DNA of 64,000 nucleotides. It comes from Torpedo marmorata (lineage: Eukaryota). The translations under genes were made by a program, and so were the position numbers. The notes beneath the pieces were generated by a model. The model saw nothing but the letters and a program-made list of their open reading frames with translations. It was not told the DNA's origin and searched no databases. Location: the NCBI GenBank assembly GCA_977017645.1, contig OZ360237.1, positions 8,742,001-8,806,000 of the forward strand, written 5' to 3'. Shown here one piece after another: positions 11,598-22,726 of the stretch (positions within the stretch are counted from its first letter, which is position 1; every line of letters begins with the position of its first letter).

Positions 11598-13710
11598 TAT
11601 AAAACATTAAGACAACTGGTTTCAGCATTGGGGCACTGTTTTTTTAATTGCATTAATTAATATGTCTTTTGATTACTGGAGATAAAATACAATTTTAAAA
11701 TAATCTGGATACATATGTGTTTTCCAGAGAAATTTGCTGTGGATAGTGATTACAATACTGTATTACTGCAGGGGTAAAAGAAAAAACATTGGCTCAGATA
11801 GTGCCCTGAGTTACAGTAGTTCAAACATCCCCATTCCTCACCATATGCCGTTTAGTGGCTTATCAAGCCTGCAGGAATTGCCAGTCGCATTGGTTTAGAA
11901 ACTGATGACTCTGAATTCTCTGGCTGATGTTGTAGGCAGTTCAGATGCTGCCTTTAAATCCATATGTTGTTATTTTTGCAAACTGTTTGCATTTTAACTA
12001 GGCTTAATTTAAAGCATTTACATTTTGGATAAACTAAAAGAAATGTTCTGATTGTCAAGAAATGTCAGGGAAGTGGATGTGTTTGCATAATTGTTGGATC
12101 TACTGATGATCAATCAAGTAGAAAGGGGATAATAGGTTTTAATTATTGTTACTGTGTATTGTCCTGGTTGATTTTTGTTCCATAGCCATATTTACTGATG
12201 TTGATTTTGCAATCTTTCTTTTTCTATTGTAATCATTCTCATCTTTCTCTATCATTAGATTTCAGTGTGCTAGCATTTTTAATTATTGATGACAACATAT
12301 TTATCAAGCTTAACCCTGTCATTTAAAGAAATTTTGTTCTGATGAATGGAATACACTTTTTTTCCAGTAGAAACAAGGGCAGTTATGGCCCCAATTACAT
12401 GAAGAATGTGAGGATGCCCCAATATGACATATGAAAACCACAGATGGAACATGTAGTATTGGCTCCTTGCAAGTATATTGTGGTTTACTTGGCCCTCATA
12501 ATTGAAGGTTTCCCACAGGGCAAACTGTGCCAGATCTGGTCAGGGAGCTGGTATGACGAACGTCTGCCGTTTTGAAGGGTGTATGAGTCAATCAAACCAC
12601 ATTTGTAATAGCTGAAGGTTTAAATAGTGTATTTGATTAATCAGAACTAAATCTCTTTAAATGTAAAGTGAATTTAATGTATTTCTGGAATAAAAAAATG
12701 GAAGGATTTGGGTTGGATTTTACTGCTGTTTGGTCATAGGCAATACATTTAGGTTGCTGATTATATAATTGTTTTTACTGCAATCTTGGTTCTGAAAGTA
12801 TTCTTGAATATTTTTTATCCTTGCATATGAATTTCTACTTAATATTTTAATATCCAATTACGTTTAATAAATTAAGTTTATTGAAAATATTTTGTTTGAA
12901 AAGAACTCTTTTAGGACTGCAATAGTTTACATAAATGAAGCAATGATAAAATAATTATTGTACAGAATATGGTGAACAAAGTCTTTGAATGTTTACCTCA
13001 AATTGAATGCAGATTCATTCCCAACTAAAAGTTTTTGGAAAATGGAATTAGTTTTACCAGTTCGATTCAATTTACATGATTCATGTGTGGTTCTAAGTTT
13101 GACAAGTGCTGCATGAAACATAATCCCTTTTAGATGTGACCTGCCCCTTTAAGAGAAACCCTTTGAAATATACATCTTTATTAGGTCCTGGTTCTAACCC
13201 ATGAAGCTGTGGTTGAAAAATCATACACCACAGATGAATCTCTCAGCCCACAAAAAAAAAGCCTCATGGTAAAAATAGAACAGATGGTTGCCAGCTGTGG
13301 AATATTACTGCTGTAGCACTCGTGAACACGACCAATGTAACCAGCCAGCAGTGATCTGGTTCATGTACTGTGGAGTCACATACCACAGCCATGTACTTCT
13401 TGCTCGCTTTTTCAGCCTTTACTTTTCCTTTAATGAAGTATCGAAAAAAGCAGGTTTCCAAAGATTGTTTGCTCTAAATATTAAAGAAGACAACCAAGGT
13501 CCTATTTGTTCCTCATTTACAGATGTGATAAGATTACACCTAAAAATCGCATCATTTGAGTTGTTCAAAATGGCTCTTGGAGAAGCTGCTCAAAGTTGAA
13601 CTGAATCATACTAAGAAATCCCAGCTTTAATCATCAGTCTATGCTGAGCTGAGTAACTTCATACAGGTAAAAATGCACAGAAATGCTGGAGGAACTCAGC
13701 CAGTCTCACA

Positions 13711-14701
13711 GAATCAGAATCAGAATTTATTGTCATGAACAAGTCATGAAATTCGGTGTATTGCGGCAGCATCATAGTGCAATTAACATTCATATTAACC
13801 ATCTAACGACATTACTATAAAAAATTATAAACAATAGTGCACGAAAAGTAAGGTAGTGTCTTTGGTTCATTGATTATTCAGGAATCTGATGGCAGCGGGG
13901 AAGAAGCTGTCCTTGTGCCGTTGAGTGCTCGTCTTTAGGCTCCTGTCCCTTTTCCCCGATGGAAGCAGAGTGAAGAGGGCATGGCCTGGGTGGTGGGGGT
14001 CCTTGAGGATAGAGGCTGCTTTTTTAAGACACCGCCTCATGTAGATGTCCTCGATGGAGTGAAGTTTGGTGCCTGTGATGTCACAGGCCGAGTTAACAAC
14101 CTTCTGGAGTTTACTCTTGTCCTGGGAGTTGGCGCCACCATACCAGGCAGTGATGCAACCAGCCAGAATGCTCTCCACGGTACACCTGTAGAAGTTTACG
14201 AGAGTCTTTGGTGACATACCAAATCTCCGCAAACACCTCACAAAGTATAGCCGCTGACGAGCCTTCTTTGTGACTGCATCCACGTGGATGCTCCAGGACA
14301 GATCCTCGGAGATGTTTACACCCAGGAATTTGAAGTTCTTGACCCTCTCCACGACTGATCCCTTGATGAGGACTGGGTCGTGTTCCCCTGACTTCCTCCG
14401 GAAGTCCACAATCATCTCCTTGGTTTTGCTGATGTTGAGCTCAAGGTTGTTGTCATTACACAATTCAACGAGCTGATCTATCTCCCTCCTGTACGCTTCC
14501 TCATTGCCGTTTGTGATTCTGCCGACAACTGTGGTGTCATCGGCAAACTTGTATATGGCATTGGAATTGTGCCTGGCCACACAGTCATGAGTGTATAACG
14601 AGTAGAGCAGTGGACTAAGCACGCATCCTTGGGGTGCGCCTGTGTTGATAATCAGTGAGGAGGAGACGTTGTTTCCAATTCGTACTGACTGTGGTCTTCC
14701 G
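13711..14701 (-). mobile_element. Young 5'-truncated Rex1/Babar LINE inserted into a Penelope terminal repeat
   Basis: Uninterrupted 251-aa ORF 13867..14622 ([31 protein letters not shown]) and (ATTCTG)n tail. Host repeat halves lie at about 13670-13710 and 14702-14765. Confidence 0.93.
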
Positions 14702-15616
14702 TAGCATCCATAGGAGGGAAAGATATATTACTGTACCTATGTTTCGGGCCTGAGCCCTTCATACAGGGCCTGACCAGCAACAGTGCTCTAATTAGCCACC
14801 CAGCTTCTTGCGCTTGGGTAAAAAAAAAGACATAATTTGAAGATCCAGCTCATAATTATTGAGTTATGTTGGGAAGTATGTATGTGGATAGATGGTGAAG
14901 ATGGAATTAAGTTAACAGTGATATCCTCGATCAAGTACCCTGTCAGTACTTTTCGTCAGGCACCTTGTACATGAGAATGAATGAGAGGTTATTGTCATGT
15001 ACATAAGCATATAGTTGATGCACTGAAATTCTTGCATGCTGCAGCCACGGGTACATGAAATAAGTTTAAATTAAGTTACCACATGAGGGAAAAAAATATT
15101 AAATATAACGGGATAGATAAATATTCAGAGTTGCAGTTCGTGCAAAAAAAAAGTTACAATAGTGCAGAGAAATTTGAGGATATACAAAAGAGCTGATGTC
15201 CGAATGAATTAGTGCTTTCAGCAAGGGAAGAGAAGAAAGTTTCTTGCAAGTCGAAAATCATATTCTATTGGCATCTTATTGTAATGCAGGAGAGGCTAGG
15301 TAATTCTAACATTCTCTTTGATTCCAGATTTTCAGCAACTGCAGTCTTTTGTTTCTCAGATTTCTTGCATTGTTCTTGTTTCTTCTTCCTTTATCCTCAT
15401 TCATTTCCTTCTATTTACGTCTCTTGCAGACTCATCAGTTGCGATTAACAGCCCTTTCTCAACTGACGCGCCTTTACTTGTGGTCTCCACCTTTACACAG
15501 ATATTCCTTTTGTTGTTTTCAGTGCTCACCCTGCTTTGCAACTTGAAACATCTTTAATCTCCAACTTTTCCTGTTTTGGTTGAAAATTCGTTGGCTTGAA
15601 ATGTTAATTCTACTTT

Positions 15617-15620
<4 letters not shown>

Positions 15621-15655
<35 letters not shown>

Positions 15656-16039
15656 ATTTTATTTTAAGGTTTTCAATTTTTTCACAATAATACAAAATAA
15701 TGTAAAATGTACATTACACATCAGTTAAGTTCAAAACATAGTAGTTTCGTATTACCATGAATCTAACCCCATCTAAACCCACCCTTACTAAAACAACCCA
15801 CCCTCCACCCTTCCCGTCCCTTACCCCCTCCCCATACTAGAACTAAAAAGGAAAAGAGAATGGAAAAGCACAATTGAAAATATATCTATACACATCCATG
15901 GCTCGATGTAAGAGATTCAGCAATGTTCATTCTTCAAATTTAAACTTAGGAGAGTCAGCGGGGCTGAGTCACCCATAATGGCCATGAACCTGGCTCTAGC
16001 TTCACTCCCCAGCGGAACATTCACGTCCTAACATGGAAA
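15621..16039 (-). mobile_element. L1-clade 3' UTR-only insertion with long poly(A) and 15-bp TSD
   Basis: Poly-T of about 31 nt at 15621-15651; aattctacttttctt at 15606-15620 and 16040-16054. Sequence resembles the L1 3' ends at 37894 and 60525. It interrupts an older Penelope-type repeat that continues gctgcctgacctgctgagtacttccagc. Confidence 0.82.
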
Positions 16040-17699
16040 AATTCTACTTTTCTTCCCAAACTTGCTGCCTGACCTGCTGAGTACTTCCAGCCATTTCTGG
16101 TTTTAGTTTCAGATTTCCAGCATCTGCAGCGCACATCGAAATTTATAGTGAAAATATGCCAAGATAAATGATTCTAGAACTGTAAAGTTGGAACCTGCTA
16201 ATGAATGTGTGCCCTTACTCATAGACAATATACACCTGAGGCATGACAGTTCTGAGTTTCTAAAATGGCATCAGATGTTCTGTCACCAAATATATGCAGG
16301 ACCATGTCACCACATTGCATTAATTCACCAGCTGTAACTATTAAACCTGTATATCAAATGAAAATGTACTTGTAGCAGTGCCAAAGTGGTTTAATTGTTG
16401 TATTTATTGCCTATTGTGAAACCGAGCCACCGGGATCAGGAACGTTCCAGTTTTAATCCTGACTCTGAACTGCCTTTAGCTAATCTTGGTTGAGTTGTAT
16501 TTTTGGGGCATTATTGTTGGTCTCAGCATTGGTGAGGTGGAAACATCTCCAAGATTCAGTTGTCTTCCTCTGTTCAATAGCTTTCCCACCAGAACAGGCA
16601 AATAAAGATAGTGATGAATAAAATGTCAGAAACAATCAGTTGCACATAGTGCTGCCGGAACTTGAGTGTGCTTATTTCAGTTGTTGAGTTACGTGTGAAC
16701 ATTCACTGTTTAGCTGCACGAATTGGCCAGTAGGGCATCTGGTGAGTGACCACAGGCCTCTCTGGAACATGGCTCAGAGCCTTTACATTAAGAGAAAACA
16801 TTATGGCAGTTGGAAACAAATTGAAGAACTCACTGAAAATATATTGATTTGCCATGCTGTTACCAACTCACCTCCTTAACAACATACCGGTAGTTTGTTT
16901 TATTGCAACATACTGTATTCTTCTCTTTCAGTTTGTACTACCCTGTACTGTAATGTATTTCTGAGTGGACCTAGGGATCCAGAGTGCTGGTAAACTTGAA
17001 CCATGACAATATCAATAGGATGCAAGGATTTTCAAAACAGGGGAACATACACCGTGCTGGTGAAATGGCAAGTCAGACTAACGTGTATACATGCATCATG
17101 ATGTCATTGCATTCTAAAACCATCTGTCTTACTTATATTTTATACTCATATAAAAATACACAATTTGGTTTAAAAAAAATACCCCTATGATCATACAAAT
17201 CTCCCTTAAAATATATTAGTATCAAACTGCATTTACAACAATGTAAGTTCCCTATAAAAGTTCAGTGTCTGATTGGTATCGGTTATAAGATAAAAAACAA
17301 AGGAACCTATTAAAAATTCTAGAATCCTATTTTTACCATGTAAAATGATTTCTATTGTTTTCAACATCATTATCTTTCATTTTTTTAGCATTGTATATTC
17401 ATTGAAATCGATTTAAATTTGAAAAAAGCAGCAAACTCATTTGACAGTTTTTCAGTACATTAGTCCTCCCTTCTGATGCATTCTTCGAACTGTATTTAGG
17501 CCACAAAAACCCATAAAGCACATATTTTAAAATGAATGTACTTTATTCATTGTAAGGCATGCTTTTCCTTAATTCTTCAAATGAATTTTACTTTTGTCAT
17601 GGTAGTTCAAAAGCAACTGAACAAAAGTAGTAATATTTCATAAATGAGACTGTCACCACAAGGACAGTAAAATGGAGACACAAGAGACTGAAAATGCTT

Positions 17700-18952
17700 T
17701 CTGGCACCACTCCCTGACTCTTTCTGCACTACATCGATTTGCATTGATGCTATCTCCTGCATCCATGCAGAATGTGTCAATTTCATCAACTTTGCCACTA
17801 ACTTCCACTGAACCTCAAATTCACCTGGACCATTTCCAATTATTCTCTCCTCTTTCTGAGTCTCTCTGCCTCAGGAGACAAACTACTGACAATAATTATA
17901 AATCCACAGCTACCTGGACTACTCTTCTTTCCACCCTATCTCATGCATAATGTCATCCCTTTCTCTAGACATCTCCATCCCCGCCACATCTGTTCTCGAG
18001 ATGAGGTTTCCATTCCAGGACACCTGAAATGTCCTCCTCCTTCAGGATATGTGGCTTCCCCCTTGCTGTAGTTGATGAAGCCCTTCCACCCACACCCCCT
18101 CCATTTCCTGCACTTCTGCTGTCACCTCCCCTCTCCCTAAACCGAAGTGAGATAGAGGCCTCTTGGTCCTTACCTTTCACCCCATCCTTCTTCGACACCT
18201 CTGCCATTTGCAACTTGATCCCTACCCATCCCTTCTGCTATTCACAAAAGACCACTCTCTCGATGACTCCCTTTTTTGCTCTTCCCTTCCACCCATCCTT
18301 CCACTGACTTGGTCACTTTCCGCTGCAACCATAGGAGGTGTAACATCTGTCTCGATACCTACCTGCTCACCTCGATTCAGGGACCCAAACAGCCCTTCCA
18401 GGTGAGCAGAGTTTCCACATGCAACTTCTCTAACATCTACTGCGTCCTGTGCTCTCAATGTGGCCCACATTACATCGGTGAGACCTAGTGCAGACGAAGC
18501 AACCTTTGCTGAGCACCTCTTTTCTGTCCTCGTCTGCCAGGTCCGAGTTGCCAGCCATTTTCTCTCCTCTCCCCATTCCAACACCAACCTGTCTGTCATC
18601 AGCTTCCTCCACTACTAGAGTGAGGCTAAATGCAAACTAGAGGAACAGCAATTCCTATTCTGCTTGGGTGGATTATATCCAAAGGACATGAACATTGATT
18701 CTTTTTCAGTTTCAGGTAATCTGCACTCCTCTCTTCCTTACTCTCTGCTTGTGATGCACCAAGGTCCTCAGATACACACCCTTCTTTTCAACGTCCCCCC
18801 ATCCCAAGTCCTGTTACCCAGGTTTCTCCTTTCCTCCATCTGGTTCCATCTGCCTACCACGCACTGGGCCCCCTATCTCCTCCCCTTACTGTCCCATCTG
18901 CCCACCATCCCTCTCTTATCTGGTTCGACTCATCACCTTCCTTTCTTATCAG
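17700..18952 (+). mobile_element. Degenerate Penelope-like element: RT motif C/thumb + GIY-YIG endonuclease + pyrimidine-rich 3' region
   Basis: Remnants LFLHYID (about 17718), LKFTWTIS, YLDYSS, EMSSSFRICGFP, CNHRRCNIC and TCNFSNIYCVLCSQCGPHYIGET...FAEHL...KLEEQ, i.e. the Cys-rich linker and GIY-YIG layout of PLEs. Confidence 0.88.
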
Positions 18953-19304
18953 TGTCGCGGTCGCGTACTTACCTTGGTCACGAGCGGTGCCGGCCGCCGC
19001 TGATGACGTAAGCCATGCGATGCGCGGGGGTAATTGCGCACATGCGCGGGTGTGTTAAGTGTCAGTATACAGGTGATGAATCTCAGATGCAGGAGGAGGA
19101 GAGTGAGAGTGTCAGGATCACCCGTGTGGCGGTGAGCCAATGAGAAGGTCAGAGGAGTTTAGCTGGGTGGTGTTTGGGGAGTTGAAGAATGCAATGTTGT
19201 GTCTAGTTAAGAATAAAAGAAAGTCGACTTCATGGTGTGCTCAAAGAAATGAGTGAGTGTATTCTTTATTTGTTTGTAAGCTGTGGTAAATCAGTGTCAT
19301 TACA
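18953..19304 (+). mobile_element. Solo LTR (352 bp, TG...CA) with 4-bp TSD, Ty3/Gypsy-like
   Basis: tcag|TGTCGCG...CATTACA|tcag (TSD at 18949-18952 and 19305-19308); CpG-rich 5' part, CCAAT at about 19137, AATAAA at about 19212. Confidence 0.78.
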
Positions 19305-19339
19305 TCAGATTCCATAATCTGATTCCATAATTCCATAAT

Positions 19340-19840
19340 GGTTGCAACCATTTCAATTCTGAGTCACACTCCCAGACTCACATGCACTATCCTGCCCTGA
19401 CCACCCACAGATTGGAGGAACAACACCTTATCTTCCGTCTGGACACCCTCCAGCCAAATGGCTTTAACATTGATTTCTCTGCCTTCTGCTGAACTTGCTC
19501 ACCTTTTCTTTCCCCTCCCGCTTTCATGTCTTTCCAGTTCTCCTCTCCCTTCCCCACAAAGCCATCCCTCCTCCCCCTCATTGCTGCTGTCCCCTCCCTC
19601 CCCTCCATCCCCTCATCCACCTATCATCTCCTGCTTTGCCACCCCCCACCCCTCCCCCACTACCCTTTTGTTTGGATACCTGCCGGCATTCTCTCATACT
19701 TTGATGAAGGGCTCAGGCCCGAAACGATGGTTATGTATTTCTACCTTTGCTACATAAAGGACACTGTTTGACCTGCTGAGCTTCTCCAGCATTTTGTGTT
19801 TTTTATTTCAACCACGTGTCTACAGATTTTCGTGATTTAC
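19340..19840 (+). mobile_element. Second Penelope-like 3' end: GIY-YIG C-terminus directly followed by the hammerhead-bearing terminal repeat
   Basis: VATHFNSESHSQTHM and RLEEQHLIFRLDTLQPNGFNIDFS, then a pyrimidine tract, then catact-ttgatga-a-gggctcaggccc-gaaacgat-ggttatg (19695-19735) and gacctgctgagcttctccagca. Confidence 0.87.
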
Positions 19841-21680
19841 CCCTGATTGAGTTTATTGTTGACGCGTCTGATGGTGGAGGGGTAGCAGCTGGTCCTGAAC
19901 CTGGTGGTGTGAGTCTTGTGGCACCTTATACCACTGGCGTCACTAGGGGGGTGCGGACCGCACTGGGTGACACCATCAGAGGGGGTGACACCAAAATGAA
20001 TGTCTATAAAGTTTTTGTGCAGTGTTTTAGCAGAAATGTATTATTTTTTATAAAAATACCCCTGTAGTTAGTGATAACAACAAAAACATTTTTGTAAGTC
20101 CAGCTTACATGTATCAATATACCTACAAGGCTAAAACTCTATGCTAATTTACATTTTGAACCTTCGAATGCGCTCCGGTCAGAGCTGTCGTTATTACCCA
20201 ATTACAATGGTGCTTCGAATCACGTGGTTTCGTCTGCACGCGCTACAAGCACGCGCTGTTGTTTTCGTTGCTGCTGGTGTTTTTATAGTCAATGCTTTTG
20301 TCAAATTTTCTGGTGTTTTAGCTACAATATTGTGGTAATTAGCATTTGTGAACCTATATCAATAACTTTTTTGAGAATGAAGTAGTAATTAAAGGAAAAG
20401 AAGGAGAAAAATCAAAAAATGCTTCCGCTCAGTTACGTAATAATGTTGTAACTAATAATGTTGTAACTAATAATGTTGTAATTAAATGTAGAAAGGTTTT
20501 ACAAAACAAATTTGTTGTTAGTATTCATATAATCTAAGAAATATTACATTTAAGCAATTTACGAGTAACATTAGTACAAAAAACATTACTAATGATTCTG
20601 TATGGTCTGGTACGGGAGAAGGTCCATGGGGGGTGGGGGGCGGGGGGGGGAGGGTGACACCATGAGTTACCGCACTGGGTGACACCAACCCTAGTGACGT
20701 CACTGCCTTATACCCCTTTCCTGATGGTAGCAGCGAGAACAAAGCATGTGCAGGGTGGTGTGGATCCTTGATGATCGCTGCTACTCTCAGACGACAATGT
20801 TCCCTGTAGATGTTCTCGATGATGGGGAGGGTTTTACCCATGATATCATGGGCTGTGTCCACTACCTTTTGCAGGGCTTTACACTCAGGGGCATTGGTGT
20901 CCCCATACAAGCCCATGATGCAGCCAGTCAGCACACTTTCCACCACACATCTGTAGAAATTTGCCAGGCTTTCTGGTGTCATTCCAAACCTCCGCAAACT
21001 CCTGAGGAAGTAGAGGCGCTGACGTGCTTTATTCATGATGCCATCAGTGTGTTGGGTCCAGGAAAGATGCTCCAAGATAGTGACTCCCAAGAACATAAAT
21101 TTGCTCACCCTCTCCACCTCTGATCCCCCAATGATCACTGGATCGTACACCTCTGATTTTCCCTTCCTGAAGACAAAAATCAGCTCCTTAGTTTCGGTGA
21201 CATTGAGTGCAAGGTGGTTGTTGGTGCACCATTCAGCCAGGTTTTCAGTCTCCCTCCTGAATGCTTAATCATCGCCCCTTTTTATACAACCCACTACCGT
21301 GGTATCGTCAGCGAACTTGTAGATGGTGTTGCTGCTGTAACGAGCCACACAGTCATAGGTGTAAAGTGAGTAGAGCAGGGGGCTAAGAACACAGCCCTGT
21401 GGTGCTCCGGTACTGATGGAAATTGTGGAAGAGATGTTCTTACCAATCCTCACTGATTGTGGTCTGGAGGTGAGGAAATCCAGGATCCAATTACACAGTG
21501 GGGTATTGTCTTAGAGTTTACTGATCATTTTTGAGGGGATGATGGTGTTAAATGTTGCACTGTAGTCGATAAAAAGAATCCTGAAGTCAACAATCAGCTC
21601 CTTGGTTTTGGTGACATTGAGTGCGAGGTTGTTGTTGGTGCACTATTCAGCCAAGTTTTAAATCTCCCTCCTGTATGCTG
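19841..21680 (-). mobile_element. Rex1/Babar LINE (RT to 3' end), interrupted by a hAT MITE and with a rearranged 5' end
   Basis: ORFs 21265..21453 ([28 protein letters not shown]) and 20518..21150 (ARQRLYFLRSLRRFG, KDPHHP). The ORF end YPSTIR lies left of the MITE. Confidence 0.88.
19932..20705. mobile_element. Non-autonomous hAT DNA transposon (774 bp)
   Basis: Perfect 8-bp TSD ccttatac (19924-19931; 20706-20713); TIRs cactggcgtcactaggg / ccctagtgacgtcactg (15 of 17 match); subterminal gggtgacacc repeats; internal (taataatgttgtaac)x3. Confidence 0.92.
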
Positions 21681-21684
21681 GCAT

Positions 21685-21760
21685 CGAGTGCAATACACTA
21701 AAGTGCTGGAGAAACTCATCAGGTCACGCAGCATCTATAGGAAGTAAAGGGTAACCATCG
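21685..21760 (-). mobile_element. Penelope-like terminal-repeat fragment
   Basis: aagtgctggagaaactcatcaggtcacgcagcatctataggaagtaaagggtaacc is the reverse complement of the repeat at 29140-29200. Confidence 0.7.
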
Positions 21761-22462
21761 ACCTCCAGCGGCTTGTATTTTGTACACAAGGACAGTTGTA
21801 GATTCATAGGTAAAGGACCACCAACTTCTGAGAACAAACAGTAAATGCAGTCTTCCCAGATGAAGTTTTAAAAAGTACTGTTTAAGTTACAAATTTATAG
21901 CAGTGGCATGGTCAAACTGAGTGCAATGCTTTCAGATAAATTAAACAATAAATACGTGCTTAGTATTATTTTTGCAGATATTGATCTCATTGGCAGAAAG
22001 CAGGAAGAATATTGATCTACCCAAAATGAATCCTCCTATATCTTCTAAAATGTCTCTCACATTCCAGGACAGGACACAGCAGAAAAAATGTCCAGCAACT
22101 CTTTCCACTGAGCTTCACTACCTTGTTCATCCTACGTTTCCTTCACATTTGTCCATCTGTCCCCATCTTCAAGTTGTTGAAATTTGCAGTCTTCAAAGCA
22201 TTTTACTCAGGATCTTGAAACTAAAGAATTCCTAACATTTCTCATTGCGTCCTTACGTTTTACAGCCCATGGATTTTTGAAATGCAAAGTTGTATCATTT
22301 AATTGTTAGTATTTAATTTACTTCATCTAGTGTCCACTTTTTAAAATATGATGATATCCTCCACTTGTGGACCTTGGACCCATACGTAGATATATCAGTG
22401 TTTTTTTTTCTGTACAGAGCTTTGATAATTTTAAATCTTGAAAGTACTGTACATTAACATTT

Positions 22463-22726
22463 GGGCGGCACGGTTAGCGTAGTGGTTAGCGCAACGCTAT
22501 TACAGTGCCAGCGATCGGGACCGGGTTTGAATCCCGCGCTGTCTGTAAGGAGTTTGTACGTTCTCCCCATGTCTGCGTGGGTTTTCCCCGGGGGCTCCAT
22601 TTTCCTCCCACCGTTCGAAACGTACCGGGGGTTGTAGGTCAATGGGTGTGATTGGGCGGCACAGGCTCATGTGCCGAAATGGCCTGTTACCGTGCTGTAT
22701 GTCTAAAAAATAATAATAAAAAAAAA
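22463..22726 (+). mobile_element. tRNA-derived V-SINE (HE1-like), near full length
   Basis: A-box-like tagcgtagtgg, B-box-like ggtttgaatcc, V-domain gctgtctgtaaggagtttgtacgttctcccc...ttcctcccac, CR1-type tail ggcctgttaccgtgctgtatgtct plus A-rich end. Confidence 0.9.

Noticed and set aside
13867-14622. Domesticated or intact reverse transcriptase gene
   Set aside because: 5'-truncated, lacks the N-terminal RT motifs, and is nearly identical to the 35.1-36.1 kb copy; the open frame reflects young age.
22463-22540. tRNA gene (also at 48498, 49485, 63329)
   Set aside because: A/B boxes run straight into a V-domain and LINE-derived tail, so these are SINE heads, not tRNAs.
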